DNA of 64,000 nucleotides, taken from the NCBI GenBank assembly GCA_050248855.1, contig JBFWRP010000009.1:64001-128000 (forward strand), in the 5' to 3' direction. The notes beneath the pieces are model-generated. The model did not search any database. It was not told where the DNA came from and saw only the letters and a program-made list of their open reading frames with translations. This document shows positions 56,746-64,000 of this stretch, piece by piece. The stretch comes from Planctomycetota bacterium (GTDB lineage Bacteria > Planctomycetota > PLA2 > JAEUHO01). Within the stretch, counting starts at the first letter, position 1, and each line of letters opens with the position of its first letter. A program made the translations under genes and the position numbers.

Positions 56746-56809
56746 GGGCTCCTCCTCCCGGGCTGGATCGGTCGCGCGCGTGCGTACCGCGTGAGGCTAC
56801 CGGGCGCTC

Positions 56810-62368
<5,559 letters not shown>

Positions 62369-62417
62369 GCTGGATTCGCGCGTGCGGACGCGAGCGTCGT
62401 CGCGGTAGGCTCCCGGC

Positions 62418-63215
62418 ATGGCGCGCACGGCGTGGGACCGCCGACCTCTCCTGCTGGGCATGGTGCATCTGCTGCCCCTGCCCGGGAGCCCGCGCCACCG
62501 TCCCGAGCGCAGCGCCGCGGGGGCGCGCTGGGTGGACCAAGCCGTGCGCGACGCCTTGTTGCTCGCCGAGGCGGGCTTTGACGGCGTCGTCGTGGAAAAC
62601 CTCGGCGACGCACCCTTCTTCGGCGACGACGTGCCCGACGTCACCGTGGCGGCCCTGGGCGTGGCCGCGCATGCCGTGCGCCGTGCGCTGCCCCGCGGTG
62701 CGCTGCTCGGTGTCAACGTGCTGCGCAACGACGCGCGTGCCGCGCTGGCGATCGCGGCCGTGGCCGACGCGGACTTCGTGCGCGTCAACGTGCTGACGGG
62801 CGCCGTGGTCACCGACCAGGGCCTGCTGCAGGGTCACGCTGCCGAGGTGCTGCGCGAACGGCGCTGCCTGGCGCCCCAGGTACGCGTGCTCGCCGACGTG
62901 CGCGTCAAGCACGCCGCCCCGCTCGCCGAGCGTCCGCTCGACGACGAGGTGGCCGATCTCGTCGAACGCGGCGGCGCCGACGCCCTCGTCGTGAGCGGCC
63001 CGCGCACGGGCTCCGCCGTGGACGTGGAACGCCTGAAGGCGGTAGCCGCCGCGGCCGCGGGCCGCCCCGTGCTGGTCGGCTCCGGAGCCACGGCGGCGAG
63101 CGTACGCGAGCTGCTCGCCACCGCCGACGGCGTCATCGTGGGCACCGCGCTCAAGCGCCGTCACCGCCTCGACGCGGAGCGCGCGCGAGCCTTCGTGGCC
63201 GCGGCGCGCGCCTAG
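62418..63215 (+). CDS. BtpA/SgcQ family protein
   Basis: GMVHLLPLPGSP, VENLGDAPF, GVNVLRND, ADVRVKHA, VSGPRTG, VGSG, GVIVGTALK. Confidence 0.92.
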   Translation: MARTAWDRRPLLLGMVHLLPLPGSPRHRPERSAAGARWVDQAVRDALLLAEAGFDGVVVENLGDAPFFGDDVPDVTVAALGVAAHAVRRALPRGALLGVNVLRNDARAALAIAAVADADFVRVNVLTGAVVTDQGLLQGHAAEVLRERRCLAPQVRVLADVRVKHAAPLAERPLDDEVADLVERGGADALVVSGPRTGSAVDVERLKAVAAAAAGRPVLVGSGATAASVRELLATADGVIVGTALKRRHRLDAERARAFVAAARA

Positions 63216-64000
63216 TCGTCGGAGCCGTCCGGCGGGGGCGGGGTGTCATCGGCAGGCGGGGCGGCGTCGTCCTCGCCGGGCGCCGTGTCGAGCGAGGGGG
63301 CGATGTCGATGACGTCGCTGCGTAGGCGGCCGAGGTTGTGGCCGGCGCTGACGAGGTAGACGAAGGGCCGACCGTCGACGCGCACGTACCACGCGTCCTT
63401 GTCGTCGGCCTTCTTGCCCACCTCCAGACGGTGGGCCTTGGCCTGCGCGCCGTCCTGCTCGTAGAAGGTCGCGACCACCTCCGGCTTGTCGAAGCCGTAC
63501 GTCGCGCCGTCGGCCGCGCTGGCCGCGGCCACCACGTCGTCGGCCACGAGGCCGGTGAACGCGCGACCGATGTCTTCCACCACAGTCGTATCGGCGGCGG
63601 CCAGCTCGGGCTGGACCATCGTCCACACGAGCTCGGGCTGGTCGGGGTCGGCCGCGGGCGACGGCACGGGGAGACCCTCGATCGTGAGGCCCCGCTTGAC
63701 CACGACGATGCGCGGCCCGCCCGCGGCGGTGCGGTCCAGCACGAGCTCGACGAGCGAGGCAGAGCGGAGCGTGCCGGGCCACAGCTGGGTCTCGATCCAT
63801 GCGGACGCGGCGGTCGGCGCAACGCTCGGCCGCAGGTTGGCCACGCGCACGATGCGGCCCTTCTCGCCAACCCCCATGCGCACCAGCAGGTCGCTGCGCT
63901 CCGCGCGCCCCATGTCGAGGACGGCCAGCTCCGCGCCCTCCCCATCGAGCAGGCGCACCGACTTCCAGCCGGTCACGGGGCGGTACCGGTCGAAGGTGTC
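63212..64000 (-). CDS. DUF4340-like exported protein, 5'-truncated by window edge
   Basis: YGFDKP..., LEVGKK...WYVRVDGRPFVYLV pattern. Frame continues to the window end. Confidence 0.6.
   Translation of the reverse strand, partial: DTFDRYRPVTGWKSVRLLDGEGAELAVLDMGRAERSDLLVRMGVGEKGRIVRVANLRPSVAPTAASAWIETQLWPGTLRSASLVELVLDRTAAGGPRIVVVKRGLTIEGLPVPSPAADPDQPELVWTMVQPELAAADTTVVEDIGRAFTGLVADDVVAAASAADGATYGFDKPEVVATFYEQDGAQAKAHRLEVGKKADDKDAWYVRVDGRPFVYLVSAGHNLGRLRSDVIDIAPSLDTAPGEDDAAPPADDTPPPPDGSDD

Overview
Very GC-rich (about 70-75% by eye), gene-dense bacterial chromosomal window with about 55 CDSs. I found no rRNA, tRNA, CRISPR array, integrase or transposase. The lepA-lepB(large insertion)-lptB gene order, a C-terminally extended ECF sigma factor, a protein with repeated CxxCH modules and many secreted TPR/EF-hand proteins suggest Planctomycetota (inference). 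Housekeeping genes include topA, a Leu/Val dehydrogenase, a DinG-family helicase, rsfS, nadC, dapF, rph, rdgB, lepA, lepB, lptB, etfBA, birA and ogt. There are also two two-component systems and two small toxin-antitoxin-like pairs. Main observations: (1) a 107-nt intergenic element present twice, whose differences include three fully compensatory base pairs and point to folding of the minus strand; (2) a ~1800-aa membrane-anchored sigma54 activator (CBM9-like, HAMP, degenerate GGDEF, AAA+, winged HTH) divergent from a peptidoglycan amidase; (3) an ECF sigma fusion with a perfect internal Shine-Dalgarno and in-frame ATG just before its transmembrane segment; (4) a 50-aa histone-H1-like gene behind a putative sigma54 promoter, paired palindromic sites and a structured leader; (5) frequent TANNNT boxes 6-9 nt before start codons, suggesting leaderless mRNAs. 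All product calls rest on motif recognition by eye, with no database search.
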